Below, piece after piece: positions 20,588 through 31,176 of a stretch of DNA of 64,000 nt (position 1 is the first letter of the stretch; every line of letters begins with the position of its first letter). The notes beneath the pieces are model-generated. The model was not told where the DNA came from. It saw only the letters and a list, made by a program, of their open reading frames with translations, and made no database searches. This DNA is from an uncultured Gammaproteobacteria bacterium (GTDB taxonomy: Bacteria; Pseudomonadota; Gammaproteobacteria; UBA9214), in NCBI GenBank assembly GCA_963748215.1, contig CAVVHS010000009.1, forward strand, positions 403,919 to 467,918, in the 5' to 3' direction. The position numbers were made by a program, and so were the translations under genes.

Positions 20588-20874
20588 GCCCTGCACGGGT
20601 CGGACCTCGGCAACCCACTGAAATAAATCCAGATAAGACCCTGAAGCGGATTGTTTTCGGGGCGAGGACGCTCATTTCGGCAGCCCTGCCGGTCGGACCT
20701 CGGCACCCACTGAGGCCCTGCACGGGTCGGACCTCGGCAACCCACTGAAATAAATCCAGATAAGACCCTGAAGCGGATTGTTTTCGGGGCGAGGACGCTC
20801 ATTTCGGCACCGGAAACCTGCCGGTATTAACGGATTGTTTAATCGACATCAATAGCCTGGCCAGGTCCGACCCC
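20588..20874. repeat. 95-bp direct duplication (20588-20682, 20715-20809) of the left part of a GGGTCGGACC..GGTCCGACCCC element
   Basis: Two identical copies with a degenerate partial copy between them; right end ggtccgacccc at about 20863-20874. Confidence 0.8.
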
Positions 20875-20948
20875 GGGGCCACTTTTCTTTTATAGCGCCC
20901 GAGCAGAGAATCGTTGACGTGTTTCCCACCAAAATGGAGGAGAACGCC

Positions 20949-21398
20949 ATGAAACATCAGCTTCGGATCGGCTTCCTGTATGCGGTGGCTTTGCTTGTCA
21001 CCATTGCCCCGGGTGTTGCAGGTGCGATCGAGGTGACCAGCCTCGCCGGGCTTGAGGACATATTCGGCCGCTATGCGCCGGGTGGCGACTGCAGTCAACA
21101 GCCGCAGATACTCGTTGAACTCGGCGGACTGACCTTCGAGGTCCCTGGTGATACCGTAACAGTGACCAACCCCGAGTACGCCGCCAGTTATGGTGCTCAC
21201 GATTACGACGGCATCAGCAAGTGGATATTTCCATTCCGCCTCAAAGACGGCTACGCCATCCTGATGACGTTCAACGCCAACGAGCAGCAGGGCGCATTAC
21301 TCATTGACCCTCAGGACGAGGGCTGGGCCGGCGGGCCGCCGCTAAGCCCGAGGAACAAGGCGCTCGTAGACGGTTCACCGTACGCCCGCTGCGAGTGA
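20949..21398 (+). CDS. Exported hypothetical protein
   Basis: GGAGGAG RBS, signal peptide, two Cys. Confidence 0.7.
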   Translation: MKHQLRIGFLYAVALLVTIAPGVAGAIEVTSLAGLEDIFGRYAPGGDCSQQPQILVELGGLTFEVPGDTVTVTNPEYAASYGAHDYDGISKWIFPFRLKDGYAILMTFNANEQQGALLIDPQDEGWAGGPPLSPRNKALVDGSPYARCE

Positions 21399-21721
21399 GC
21401 TGACGGTCCGCCGCGCCGTTGTGCGGCGACGTGGACTCTGGTGCTTCACGATGTGCCGCACCCTGCTGTATACGCGTGCCTTGAAAATCACCTTTTCGCC
21501 CGGTCGAGTCGTTCAAAGCCCGGTGAATAAAGGGCTCAGGGTGAGGCACCACCGCTTTTACGGACGGCAGGTAACAGCCCTTCAGGGTATTGATTTCAAT
21601 GTCGGGGTTCTGTCGCTTGCTGGAACCCTGCGGGGCATTGTGTGATGATTCCGGCCTCGAATTACCTTGCTGATCGTTGCCTCCGGCGTCGTGCCTGCAT
21701 CGAATGAATCGGGAGACCTGA

Positions 21722-23080
21722 ATGCGCACCAAGATCCTGTTAAAAGAATCTGAAATACCCAGCCATTGGTATAACGTTGTTGCCGACATGCCGAATCCGC
21801 CGGCACCGCCGATGGGACCTGACGGCAAGCCGGTCGGACCGGAAGCCCTGCAGGCGATCTTTCCCGATAACATCATCGAGCAGGAGGTCAGCACCGAGCG
21901 CTGGATTCCCATTCCGGAAGAAGTGCGCGAGATCCTGCAACTCTGGCGTCCCTCTCCCCTGTACCGTGCACACCGCCTTGAAAAAGCCCTGGGTACGCCG
22001 GCCAAGATCTACTACAAGAATGAGACGGTCAGTCCCGCCGGATCGCACAAGCCCAATACCGCTGTCGCACAGGCTTATTACAACAAGGTCGCCGGCATCC
22101 GGCGCCTGTCCACCGAGACGGGCGCAGGGCAGTGGGGCTGTGCCCTGGCGCTGGCAGGTCAGCTGTTCGGGATCGAGGTCCGGGTATACATGGTCAAGGT
22201 CAGCTATGAACAAAAGCCTTACCGGCGCTCGATGATGCAGACCTGGGGCGCCGAGGTGTTCGCGAGTCCCACCGACATGACCGAATCCGGGCGCAAGATC
22301 CTGGCCGAACACCCCGACTCCCCCGGGTCCCTCGGTATCGCCATTTCCGAGGCGGCGGAAGAGGCGGCAGGCCGCAAGGACACCAACTACTCGCTGGGTT
22401 CGGTGCTCAATCACGTGCTGTTGCATCAGACCATCATCGGTGAGGAAGCGAAGAAACAGCTGGCCCTGGCGGGTGACTACCCGGATGAGATTTATGCCCC
22501 CTGTGGTGGTGGTTCCAATTTCGGCGGCATTGCCTTCCCGTTCTTTGCCGACAAGGCGGCCGGCAGGGACGTGCGCCTGATTGCAGTGGAGCCGACATCC
22601 TGCCCGACCCTGACCAAGGGACCGTATGCCTATGATTACGGTGATGCCATTGGCCTGACCCCGCTGCTGAAAATGCACACCCTGGGGCACGATTTCGTGC
22701 CGCCGGGCATCCATGCCGGCGGCCTGCGTTACCATGGCGATTCGCCGCTGGTCAGTCAGCTGCATTATGAAGGCCTGGTGGATGCCGTCGCGATACCGCA
22801 ACTGGAAACGTTCGAGGCCGGTGTGCTCTTCGCGCGCACTGAAGCCATCGTGCCCGCGCCGGAATCCAACCACGCCGTCGCGGCCGTTGTCCGTTCCGCC
22901 CGTGAGTGTGCCGGGACCGGTGAACCCAGGACCATCCTCTTCAATCTTTCAGGTCACGGCCACTTCGACATGTCCGCTTACGATCGCTACTTCAGGAACG
23001 AGCTGGAAGACTACGAGTTTCCAGCGGAGGCTATCGAGGAGTCCCTCTCGCATCTGCCCGGGATGTTACGAAACAGGTAG
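21722..23080 (+). CDS. trpB2: Type 2 tryptophan synthase beta (TrpB2), PLP enzyme
   Basis: [61 protein letters not shown]. Confidence 0.93.
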   Translation: MRTKILLKESEIPSHWYNVVADMPNPPAPPMGPDGKPVGPEALQAIFPDNIIEQEVSTERWIPIPEEVREILQLWRPSPLYRAHRLEKALGTPAKIYYKNETVSPAGSHKPNTAVAQAYYNKVAGIRRLSTETGAGQWGCALALAGQLFGIEVRVYMVKVSYEQKPYRRSMMQTWGAEVFASPTDMTESGRKILAEHPDSPGSLGIAISEAAEEAAGRKDTNYSLGSVLNHVLLHQTIIGEEAKKQLALAGDYPDEIYAPCGGGSNFGGIAFPFFADKAAGRDVRLIAVEPTSCPTLTKGPYAYDYGDAIGLTPLLKMHTLGHDFVPPGIHAGGLRYHGDSPLVSQLHYEGLVDAVAIPQLETFEAGVLFARTEAIVPAPESNHAVAAVVRSARECAGTGEPRTILFNLSGHGHFDMSAYDRYFRNELEDYEFPAEAIEESLSHLPGMLRNR

Positions 23081-23085
23081 AACGA

Positions 23086-23109
23086 AACACAGGGGCCTGG
23101 CCCCTGTTT
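23086..23109. terminator. Terminator hairpin after trpB2
   Basis: acaggggcc..ggcccctgttt. Confidence 0.6.
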
Positions 23110-23280
23110 ATTGAATCCCTGCATCTGCTTTTGTTGTGGCGCGTATCAGCACCCGCCCGAATCCTCAGCCTGCAGTGACTTCTGCGTGAAAGGCACCCTG
23201 CATTCTATTTACACTTCCCGGTTTTCCGATGAGGCGGCGGATTAAATCGGCCGCATGGGCACATGGATCTGCGCGCATGC

Positions 23281-24453
23281 TCAACGACCCCTGCTGATTC
23301 GCTTGTACACCCCCAGCGCCATGAATATTGCTGTGCAGAATGACAGCAGCGCGACTACAGGACTTTTCACGGCGAATACGACCGGCGTCAACACCAAGCG
23401 CGTGATGGTTTTAAGGCCTTCGTTGTGTTCGATGTAAGCGGCAATCGGTGGTGAAAAATCGTAGTACAGGGACACCAGCATCCGCCCCGGCCGGCTATGC
23501 ATCAGTGTCTCATCCCTGAAACGGCGCAGGCTGCGCACATGCGGGTCCAGGTATGAGCCATAGGCAGCCGTGGCGATAAAACAGCCACCGCCACCACCGC
23601 CTTCGACAATCCCGGTCCAGTTGCCTGTCACAGTGTTAGGCAGGACAGGGTCCAGCAGCGCAACATCGCTGATCTGGAATTCCCAGTCGATCGTGTAGGT
23701 CGATTCCGGAGCATCCAGCCAGTCGGTAGCAAAGGTGAGTGTCCGGGTCTGCCCCGGATCGAGGCTGACAGCCACTGGCAGGTTCGGTGACAGCGGTACT
23801 GCACCGAAGGCGCTGATGTTGAAGTGCGTCACGCTGACGGTAGCATCGGACGTCACCGGCCCGTTGTTGGCGACGTCCACATAGAGAAAGAAGCGCAACT
23901 GGAAAGGGTCCGGAAAGGAAGTGTAGGCGCTATCAAGCGTGACGGACTCGATCTCCCAGTCAATGCAGAAGGCGCAGATAATGTTCGTGGTGGCTAGCGC
24001 ATCGAGTGGCAGCTGGGTGGCCGGCGCCACAACGTCCGCCCTGTTTGTTGCGCTGACCACGACGGCCGGGCCGGGTATCAGGTTCTGATTGACCATCACC
24101 TCGAGTCGCAGTCCGGCCGTCTTGTCGGCGACAGCCGTGCCCAGCGTTGGCAGCGTCCAGACACCGGACGCTTGATTGTAGCTCCCGCCGGGTGTGGGCG
24201 TGGCCTGCACGAATGTGACCTCCGCCGGCAGTGTGTCGAGTACCTCGACACCTGCAACGTCCGCCGTGCCTTCGTTCACGACCTCCAGCCGGTATTCGAT
24301 CAGGTCGCCTTCCCGCGCCGTTTCCGGTCCGTCCTTGGTAAGTGCCACGGTTGCACCGGTGCCTGTGAGTGGAAAGGCAAGCAGGGCGACGAGCAAGACA
24401 GGCACGGCAGGCTGTCGCATGTGCTTCATGCAAGGTTCAGGTTCGAGGATCAT
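23281..24453 (-). CDS. Exported DUF11-domain protein with C-terminal CFI-box-CTERM domain
   Basis: [28 protein letters not shown]; [31 protein letters not shown] plus TM tail. Confidence 0.88.
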   Translation of the reverse strand: MILEPEPCMKHMRQPAVPVLLVALLAFPLTGTGATVALTKDGPETAREGDLIEYRLEVVNEGTADVAGVEVLDTLPAEVTFVQATPTPGGSYNQASGVWTLPTLGTAVADKTAGLRLEVMVNQNLIPGPAVVVSATNRADVVAPATQLPLDALATTNIICAFCIDWEIESVTLDSAYTSFPDPFQLRFFLYVDVANNGPVTSDATVSVTHFNISAFGAVPLSPNLPVAVSLDPGQTRTLTFATDWLDAPESTYTIDWEFQISDVALLDPVLPNTVTGNWTGIVEGGGGGGCFIATAAYGSYLDPHVRSLRRFRDETLMHSRPGRMLVSLYYDFSPPIAAYIEHNEGLKTITRLVLTPVVFAVKSPVVALLSFCTAIFMALGVYKRISRGR

Positions 24454-24566
24454 GGATATCTATACAAAGGGGGACAGGGTCGACTGATTCGACCGTTGCC
24501 TGATATTGAAAATACGGGGTCGCTGACACTCGCAATGTATTACCATGGCCGCCGACCCCGTTGCTG

Positions 24567-25658
24567 TCAGTCCTTGATCACACCCTTTACGTACCTGGCG
24601 ACGATGGCGTGCCCTTTCCGGGTCGGATGGACGCCGTCCCAGAACAGGTAGCTGTCCGGTCTCCTGCAGGCATATGGAGGCACGTTCGGCATGATGCAGG
24701 CATCGGTGACATTGCGCAGCCGGTAGTCCCGCGGATTCCCGACGATGTCACGAAACAGGGCGAAGGAATCGATGCGAGTGAACGTGGTGCCGGGCAATGC
24801 CGCCTCCAGTCCGCCGATGATCGCCGCGAAGCCGGGGATCGCATCCGGAAAGTTGAACAGGGAGCACACCAGGTCATAGGGAGACGGGTACACGCTCTCG
24901 TTACCGCCCAGGTTGAACAGCAAGGTAAAGCAGGTGCCAAGCACGGGGGCATCCTCGATATTCAGCGGCGGATTGAATGCCGGTGTCAGCCCGAGGTCGG
25001 GCGAGTTGAAGACCAGAAACTCGCGTGCACCCTGCGAAAAATTGTACAGCGTCTGGACGGAGTCGGAAATCGAGGTCAGCGCCTCGATGATAATGCCCAC
25101 GCTGGTTGCCCCGGTCGGATCGATTGCCAGCGCACGCACCGCATCGACAACATCGTTGCCACCGATAAACAGGACGTACAGCGGGTCGGCGGACGGGCTG
25201 TAGTTGACGTCCGCCATGAAATCATTGACCTGGGTGGGAAGGTGTCGGTTGGGACTGGTCGATGATGCGTCGCGCGCCCGCGCACCGCCATAGGCATAGT
25301 TTTTGCCCTGCTTTCTGCTGCTGAGGGATGGCCTGACATCCTTGCCGAGCCCCAGTGGCCTGGCAAGCTGCTCGATCCACAGCGCGCCGTTGCTGTGGTT
25401 CAGGCCGCCGCGGGCATAGGGGCCATCGGGAATCAGGAACTCATCGAGCAGATCGTAGGGCGGCCGGTTGACCAGCCCGGTTTCAATGAACTTGTTGCCG
25501 GTGTCGGACAGGCTGTCGCCGAAGATAACGAGGCCAGCCAGATCATCCGGGCGGTGCTCCGGTTTGCCATGCGGTCTGTCGGCCCAGGCACCGACAGGTG
25601 CCAGAAGGACTGCGGCCAGCAGCACGAAAACAAGGCGCAAGGGACGGGTAGTCATCAT
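24567..25658 (-). CDS. Exported SGNH/GDSL hydrolase
   Basis: IFGDSLSDTGN, NYAYGGA, IGGND, FWDGVHPT. Confidence 0.93.
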   Translation of the reverse strand: MMTTRPLRLVFVLLAAVLLAPVGAWADRPHGKPEHRPDDLAGLVIFGDSLSDTGNKFIETGLVNRPPYDLLDEFLIPDGPYARGGLNHSNGALWIEQLARPLGLGKDVRPSLSSRKQGKNYAYGGARARDASSTSPNRHLPTQVNDFMADVNYSPSADPLYVLFIGGNDVVDAVRALAIDPTGATSVGIIIEALTSISDSVQTLYNFSQGAREFLVFNSPDLGLTPAFNPPLNIEDAPVLGTCFTLLFNLGGNESVYPSPYDLVCSLFNFPDAIPGFAAIIGGLEAALPGTTFTRIDSFALFRDIVGNPRDYRLRNVTDACIMPNVPPYACRRPDSYLFWDGVHPTRKGHAIVARYVKGVIKD

Positions 25659-25744
25659 GCATATTCTCCAGTGATTTCATTATGGTTTGGAGTGACTGCA
25701 TAACAGCCACCCGTCTTTGTAACACGATGCAGTGCGAAACCCGG

Positions 25745-25758
25745 TTGATTGACATCAA
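25745..25758. promoter_or_regulatory. FNR/Anr-type box
   Basis: TTGAT-TGAC-ATCAA, perfect consensus, 87 bp upstream of the GDSL gene. Confidence 0.55.
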
Positions 25759-25795
25759 TAAGGCGGCATAAGTGTCGTGCGCTAATACGTATGTA

Positions 25796-26040
25796 CTAGC
25801 CTGATTTCTCACCGGGCGGCGGTTGGCCAACTAATGAGTTGAAATAACGAACAGAAACCCGTTCAGCAAAAAACAGCGTGTCATCGGGCGCTGCCAATCC
25901 CGGCCCTGGCTGGTTCTCGCGCGCCCAAACTTGCTCTTCACTCAAGGGGCAGCTACGGCTACCCGTTTCGTTCCAGAGCGGCATCCGGTCACACGAGCCC
26001 TGCACCAGCATCCGGGATCCCGGTGAGAAATGCGGGCTAG
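25796..26040. mobile_element. Non-autonomous IS-derived element (MITE) flanked by CTAG
   Basis: ctagcctgatttctcaccggg ... cccggtgagaaatgcgggctag terminal inverted repeats; no transposase ORF. Confidence 0.65.
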
Positions 26041-26350
26041 TTGATATGAATCAGAGGGGTCAGGGTTACTGGATTCGACACCTGGTTGATTATCCGCTGG
26101 TGCCTGACACTGATCTTTATCTTGCGTGCACCGACGCCCACGTATTCACCTTAGCTTGCTTCCGTCCCGTACGGGCCTCGATCCCGGCCAGTCCGAAAAC
26201 GTTCACGACCAGGGGGTTGCATCACCGCGCCGGTTTCCCGGTTCTGCATTGCCGGATCAGGTCCGTGCACCTTTATGATCGAACCGGGGTCAGTCTAAGC
26301 CACCCCCCGCTTTCACCCCGGTTTCCATTGTGGTCGAACGGGACGTATAT

Positions 26351-26466
26351 TAAGGAACCCCTGATTAATTCACTCATCGTCATCCCGGCGCATGCCGGGA
26401 TCCAGTGTTTTCAATGGTCTGGATGCCGGCATGCGCCGGCATGACGAATTAATCAGAGCTTCCTTA
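26351..26466. mobile_element. Small TIR element enclosing an inverted pair of CGTC-type REP palindromes
   Basis: taaggaacccctgattaattc / gaattaatcagagcttcctta (19 of 21 match); inside, cgtcatcccggcgcatgccgggatccag and its inverted partner. Confidence 0.7.
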
Positions 26467-26496
26467 AGGAAAACCGGGGCCTGCTCACGGTTAATC

Positions 26497-27753
26497 ATGG
26501 AAACCGCGCGTGTGGATAAATCGGAACTCCTGAAACAGCTGCAACTCGACGCAAGCGTGCGTGGCACGGGTACGAGGCCGGCGGCTCCGCTGGTCATCGG
26601 ATTGGTGGTCGCAGTGCTCGCGGGGCTCGGTGCCTGGTACTGGCTGGCCGGGGGCAAGGTGCTTCCGGTCACTACCGCGACGGCGCAGGCACTGAGCGGC
26701 GTCCAGGGCAGTACGTCCGTGCTCGATGCCACCGGCTATGTCACCGCACGACGGCAGGCCACGGTCTCGGCCAAGGTGACCGGGCAGGTCACCGAGGTGC
26801 TGATCGAGGAAGGCCAGCAGGTGCAGTCCGGCGAAGTGCTGGCGCGACTCGACAATAGCGACGCGCAGGCCCAGCTCGACCTGGCGCAGGCCCAGCTCGA
26901 TGCGGCGCGCGCGCAGCTGGCAGGGCTGCGTCTGCTGCTTGCCCAGGCGCGGCGCGATGATGTGCGCCAGCAGGACCTGCTGGGGCGCAAACTCACCAGC
27001 CAGCAGGCGGCCGACGATGCGCGCACCCTGGTCGACACCCGCAATGCCGATATTGCCACCCAGCAGCGGCAGGTGGAGGTGACCGAACGGGGTGTCGAGG
27101 TCGCGCAGGTCGCGCTGGACAATACCGTGATCAGGGCACCCTTTGCCGGGGTGATCACGGTCAAGGCGGCGCAGCCCGGCGAGATCGTGTCGCCATTCTC
27201 CGCCGGCGGCGGTTACACCCGTACCGGGATCGGCACCATTGTCGACATGGATTCGCTGGAGATCGAGGTGGAGGTCAACGAGGCCTACATCGGTCGCGTG
27301 CAGACCGACCAGCCTGTGCAGACCACGCTCAACGCCTACCCGGACTGGAAGATTCCCGGCAGGGTCATCGCGATCATTCCGGCCGCCGACCGCAGCAAGG
27401 CCACGGTGAAGGTGCGACTCAGCCTCGACGCGAAGGACGCACGCATCGTGCCCGACATGGGCGCACGCGTGGCGTTTCTCGAGAACAGCACAACCACGGT
27501 CCGGACCGGCATGCAAGCCGAAACACCGGCCGGGGTACTGGTCCCGGCCAATGCCATTCGCACCTCGGGTGACAGCGAGCAGGTGTTCGTGTTGACCGAT
27601 GGGTACGCGCGCGCGCGGAGCGTGAAACTGGGACAGGCCTATTCGGACTTGCGCCAGGTGCTCGACGGGGTGAGTGCCGGTGAACGTGTCATACTCGCGC
27701 CGCCCGGTGATCTGCAGGACGGCGACCGGGTGAAAACGGAACAGCCCGGCTGA
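26497..27753 (+). CDS. MacA-like periplasmic adaptor of an ABC exporter
   Basis: N-terminal TM, ATVSAKVTGQV, IRAPFAGVI, EVEVNEAYI. Confidence 0.9.
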   Translation: METARVDKSELLKQLQLDASVRGTGTRPAAPLVIGLVVAVLAGLGAWYWLAGGKVLPVTTATAQALSGVQGSTSVLDATGYVTARRQATVSAKVTGQVTEVLIEEGQQVQSGEVLARLDNSDAQAQLDLAQAQLDAARAQLAGLRLLLAQARRDDVRQQDLLGRKLTSQQAADDARTLVDTRNADIATQQRQVEVTERGVEVAQVALDNTVIRAPFAGVITVKAAQPGEIVSPFSAGGGYTRTGIGTIVDMDSLEIEVEVNEAYIGRVQTDQPVQTTLNAYPDWKIPGRVIAIIPAADRSKATVKVRLSLDAKDARIVPDMGARVAFLENSTTTVRTGMQAETPAGVLVPANAIRTSGDSEQVFVLTDGYARARSVKLGQAYSDLRQVLDGVSAGERVILAPPGDLQDGDRVKTEQPG

Positions 27754-27788
27754 GCGCGCCCTGCGCCCGGGATTCGACGAGGTCAGGC

Positions 27789-28472
27789 ATGGACAATCTG
27801 GTTACCCTGCGCGGCGTTACCAAAAGCTACCGGCGTGGCAAGCAGAACATCGAGGTGCTGCACGGCATTGACATGGACATCGAGCAGGGTGATTTTGTCG
27901 CCTTGATGGGGCCGTCCGGGTCCGGCAAGACCACGCTGCTCAATCTCATCGGCGGGCTGGACAAGACAAGCGCAGGCAGCATCGAGGTGGCAGGAACGCG
28001 TATCGATCGGTTGAACAGCGGCGAGCTGGCCAGGTGGCGGGCCGCCAATATCGGTTTCGTGTTCCAGTTCTACAACCTGCTGCCGATGCTCAGCGCGCAA
28101 AAGAATGTCGAATTGCCGCTGCTGCTGACACGGCTCTCCGCCCGTGACCGCAGGCGCAATGCCGCGATCGCGCTGGCACTGGTGGGCCTTGAGGACCGTG
28201 CACAACACCGGCCGGGCGAGTTGTCCGGCGGTCAGGAACAGCGCGTCGCCATCGCGCGCGCCATCGTGTCCGATCCGAAGATCCTGGTCTGCGACGAACC
28301 GACCGGCGATCTCGATCGTCACACGGCTGACGAGATCATGGGTCTGCTGCAGCAGCTCAACCGCGAGCACGGCAAGACCATTGTCATGGTGACCCACGAT
28401 CCCAAGGCGGCCGGGTTTGCGCATCGCCAGCTGCACCTGGACAAGGGCACGCTCGCCGGAGACGGGCCGTGA
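27789..28472 (+). CDS. ABC transporter ATP-binding protein (MacB/LolD family)
   Basis: GPSGSGKT, LSGGQEQRV, DEPTGDLD, VTHD. Confidence 0.95.
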   Translation: MDNLVTLRGVTKSYRRGKQNIEVLHGIDMDIEQGDFVALMGPSGSGKTTLLNLIGGLDKTSAGSIEVAGTRIDRLNSGELARWRAANIGFVFQFYNLLPMLSAQKNVELPLLLTRLSARDRRRNAAIALALVGLEDRAQHRPGELSGGQEQRVAIARAIVSDPKILVCDEPTGDLDRHTADEIMGLLQQLNREHGKTIVMVTHDPKAAGFAHRQLHLDKGTLAGDGP

Positions 28473-28485
28473 CCCGAACACGGTC

Positions 28486-29640
28486 ATGAGGTTTTTGCCG
28501 CTGATCTGGGCCGCCCTGTTGCGCAAGAAGGTGCGCACCATCCTGACCTTGCTGTCGATCATCGTCGCATTTCTGCTGTTCGGGATGCTCGATTCCGTGC
28601 GCGTCGCCTTTACCGTGCGCGACAGTCTGGAGGGCGCGAGCCGGCTGGTGGTGAGTTCCAAGCTGTCGATCATCCAGCCGCTGCCCTACGCGGACCTGGC
28701 GCAGATCCAGCGTGTCCCGGGGGTGGAGCAGGTGGCGTTCGCCAACTGGTTCGGCGGAATTTACCAGGAGCGCAAGAATTTCTTTGCCAACTTCGCCGTG
28801 AGTCCCAACTACCTGGACATGTATCCCGAGTTTGTGCTGCCCGAGGACCAGCGACAGGCCTTCCTCAAGACCCGCACCGCCGCGATTGTCGGCGACAATC
28901 TGGCCAAACGTTATGGTTTCAAGGTCGGCGACAGGATTCCGCTGCAGGCGACCATCTTTCCGCACAAGAACGGCGACAATACCTGGACCTTCGATCTGGT
29001 CGGTATCTTTCGCACCCGAGAGGCGCGCGATCGCAACCAGGAAGACCAGATGCTTTTCAACTACGACTATTTCGACGAGGGACGCACCTTCGGCCAGGGC
29101 ACCGTCGGCTGGTACATGGTGAAGATCGGTGACCCGGAGCGTGCCACGGAGGTGGCCCAGGCCATCGATCGACTGTTCGCGAACTCGGCCGATGAAACCA
29201 AGACCCAGACCGAGAAGCAGTTCAACCTGGATTTCGTCAAGCAGATCGGTGATATCGGCCTGATCGTCAGCTCGATCATGGGCGCGGTATTTTTTACCAT
29301 CCTGCTGCTTACCGGCAATACCATGTCGCAGGGGGTGCGCGAGCGCATCCCGGAGCTGGCCGTGCTCAAGACCATCGGCTTCTCGAATCAGAGCGTATTG
29401 TGGCTGGTGCTGGGCGAATCGCTGCTGCTGGCCGCGATCGGCGGCAGCCTCGGTCTGCTGCTGGCGATGGCCGGCGCGGGTGCACTCAGTGCCGCCTTCC
29501 GCGGCGGTGCCTTTACTGTCGGCGCGCAGTCCTGGCTGACCGGCCTCATGATCATGCTGGTGCTGGGCGTTGGGGTGGGCCTGCCGCCGGCCTGGCGGGC
29601 AATGCGGCTGCGCATTGTCGATGCCCTGAACGAGCGTTGA
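28486..29640 (+). CDS. ABC transporter permease (MacB/FtsX family)
   Basis: RTILTLLSI, ERIPELAVLKTIGF, four TM helices. Confidence 0.92.
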   Translation: MRFLPLIWAALLRKKVRTILTLLSIIVAFLLFGMLDSVRVAFTVRDSLEGASRLVVSSKLSIIQPLPYADLAQIQRVPGVEQVAFANWFGGIYQERKNFFANFAVSPNYLDMYPEFVLPEDQRQAFLKTRTAAIVGDNLAKRYGFKVGDRIPLQATIFPHKNGDNTWTFDLVGIFRTREARDRNQEDQMLFNYDYFDEGRTFGQGTVGWYMVKIGDPERATEVAQAIDRLFANSADETKTQTEKQFNLDFVKQIGDIGLIVSSIMGAVFFTILLLTGNTMSQGVRERIPELAVLKTIGFSNQSVLWLVLGESLLLAAIGGSLGLLLAMAGAGALSAAFRGGAFTVGAQSWLTGLMIMLVLGVGVGLPPAWRAMRLRIVDALNER

Positions 29641-29655
29641 GGGGGGAGCCTGCAC

Positions 29656-30837
29656 ATGCGCTGGCTGGAACAGATTTTCGAGATCACCTGGATGAGCCTG
29701 GCGACCATTCCCCAGCGACTGGGTTCCGCGCTGGTGATCGTGGGAGGTATCGCCGGTGTGGTCGGCGTGCTGGTCGCACTGCTGGCGATCGGCGAGGGCT
29801 TTCAATCGGTACTTGCCCAGGCCGGGCGGCTGGACGATGCGATCGTGCTGCGCAAGGGCGCGAGTGCCGAACTCAACAGCGGCCTGAGCCGCGAAGATGT
29901 CGTGCTGGTTGCGCAGGCACCGGGCATACTGCGGGACAAAACCGGCAACCCGATCGCCTCGGCCGAGGTGGTGGTGGTCGCAAACCTGCCCAAGCGCAGT
30001 TCCGGCACCGATGCCAATGTCGAGATCCGCGGCGTGGGTCAGCGCGTCTGGGAGTTGCGCAGCAATGCGCGCATCATCGAAGGCCGGCGCTTCGAGACCG
30101 GCAAGCGCGAACTGGTGATCGGCAAGGCCGCGCAGACCGAGTTCGCCGGGCTGGAGGTCGGCAGGACGATTCGCCTTGGGCTGCAGGACTGGACGGTGGT
30201 GGGCGTGTTCGCCTCGAATGATGCGCACGAGTCGGAGTTGTGGAGCGATCCCGAGGTGTTGCAGGGCGCCTATAATCGCGACGGCTTCCAGTCGGTCACG
30301 GTCAAGCTCACCGACGCCGATGCCTTCGACACACTCAAGGCCGCGTTGAGCAGCGATCCGCGCCTGAAGGTGGACGTGCAGCGCACGCGCGACTATTACG
30401 CTACGCAGTCCGAGGACCTGACGCGGCTGATACGCATCCTGGGTGTGGCGATCGCGGCCATCATGGGTGTCGGTGCCGTGTTCGGCGCGCTCAACACCAT
30501 GTACGCGGCGGTATCCACGCGCTCGCGCGAGATCGCCACCCTGCGCGCGCTCGGCTTTTCCGCGACGCCGGTGGTGATCTCGGTGATGCTGGAGGCGGCG
30601 CTGCTGGCCCTGACAGGCGGAATGATCGGCGCCGGCATCGCCTGGGCTGTTTTCGATAACTACACGGCATCCACCCTGGGCGCGAATTTCAGCCAGGTGG
30701 TGTTCGCCTTCAAGGTCTCGCCGCAGCTGATCCTGAACGGTCTGCTGTGGGCGCTCGGCATCGGTCTGCTGGGTGGGCTGTTCCCGGCCGTCCACGCGGC
30801 ACGCCAGCCCGTGACCAGCGCATTGCGTGCCTTGTAG
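29656..30837 (+). CDS. ABC transporter permease (MacB/FtsX family)
   Basis: NTMYAAVSTRSREIATLRALGF, GGLFPAVHAAR. Confidence 0.92.
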   Translation: MRWLEQIFEITWMSLATIPQRLGSALVIVGGIAGVVGVLVALLAIGEGFQSVLAQAGRLDDAIVLRKGASAELNSGLSREDVVLVAQAPGILRDKTGNPIASAEVVVVANLPKRSSGTDANVEIRGVGQRVWELRSNARIIEGRRFETGKRELVIGKAAQTEFAGLEVGRTIRLGLQDWTVVGVFASNDAHESELWSDPEVLQGAYNRDGFQSVTVKLTDADAFDTLKAALSSDPRLKVDVQRTRDYYATQSEDLTRLIRILGVAIAAIMGVGAVFGALNTMYAAVSTRSREIATLRALGFSATPVVISVMLEAALLALTGGMIGAGIAWAVFDNYTASTLGANFSQVVFAFKVSPQLILNGLLWALGIGLLGGLFPAVHAARQPVTSALRAL

Positions 30838-30955
30838 GAGACCAGCAACGGCGACAAGGCCGGGGCCAGCCTCTCGAATGGTTCCCGGTCTTGCCTTCTC
30901 CACGTGCTTGTAACTCCTGCCTCCCTGCACCACGCCTGCTCGAATGAAACACCGT

Positions 30956-31040
30956 TGGTCGAATGAATTCGACCCTACAGAAAAACCACTGGTCGAATGA
31001 ACTCGACCCTACAAGGGCCGAATTCATTCGGCCAACAACT
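30956..31040. repeat. Cluster of three GTAG-type REP palindromes between convergent genes
   Basis: tggtcgaatgaa(t/c)tcgaccctac twice, plus inverted gggccgaattcattcggcca. Confidence 0.75.
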
Positions 31041-31176
31041 TGCCTTCCCTGTCCAAAGGGAAAATATTTCAACTGTTGTCCTGCGATGCAGTCACAGCTT
31101 TTACCGGGCAGGGTATGCGCTGCTGACAGTCGTGACCGGCAGGCATCCAGATATGCAGCCCCGTTTTTCACCCGGG

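Noticed and set aside
20588-20809. Possible CRISPR array
   Set aside because: Only two long identical copies with no unique spacers, and no cas genes.
28384-30933. 849-aa minus-strand ORF, and similar long antisense ORFs (e.g. 37067-38590, 43958-45403, 49546-51021, 54284-55795)
   Set aside because: Shadow ORFs opposite well-supported genes, expected in high-GC DNA; no recognisable motifs.
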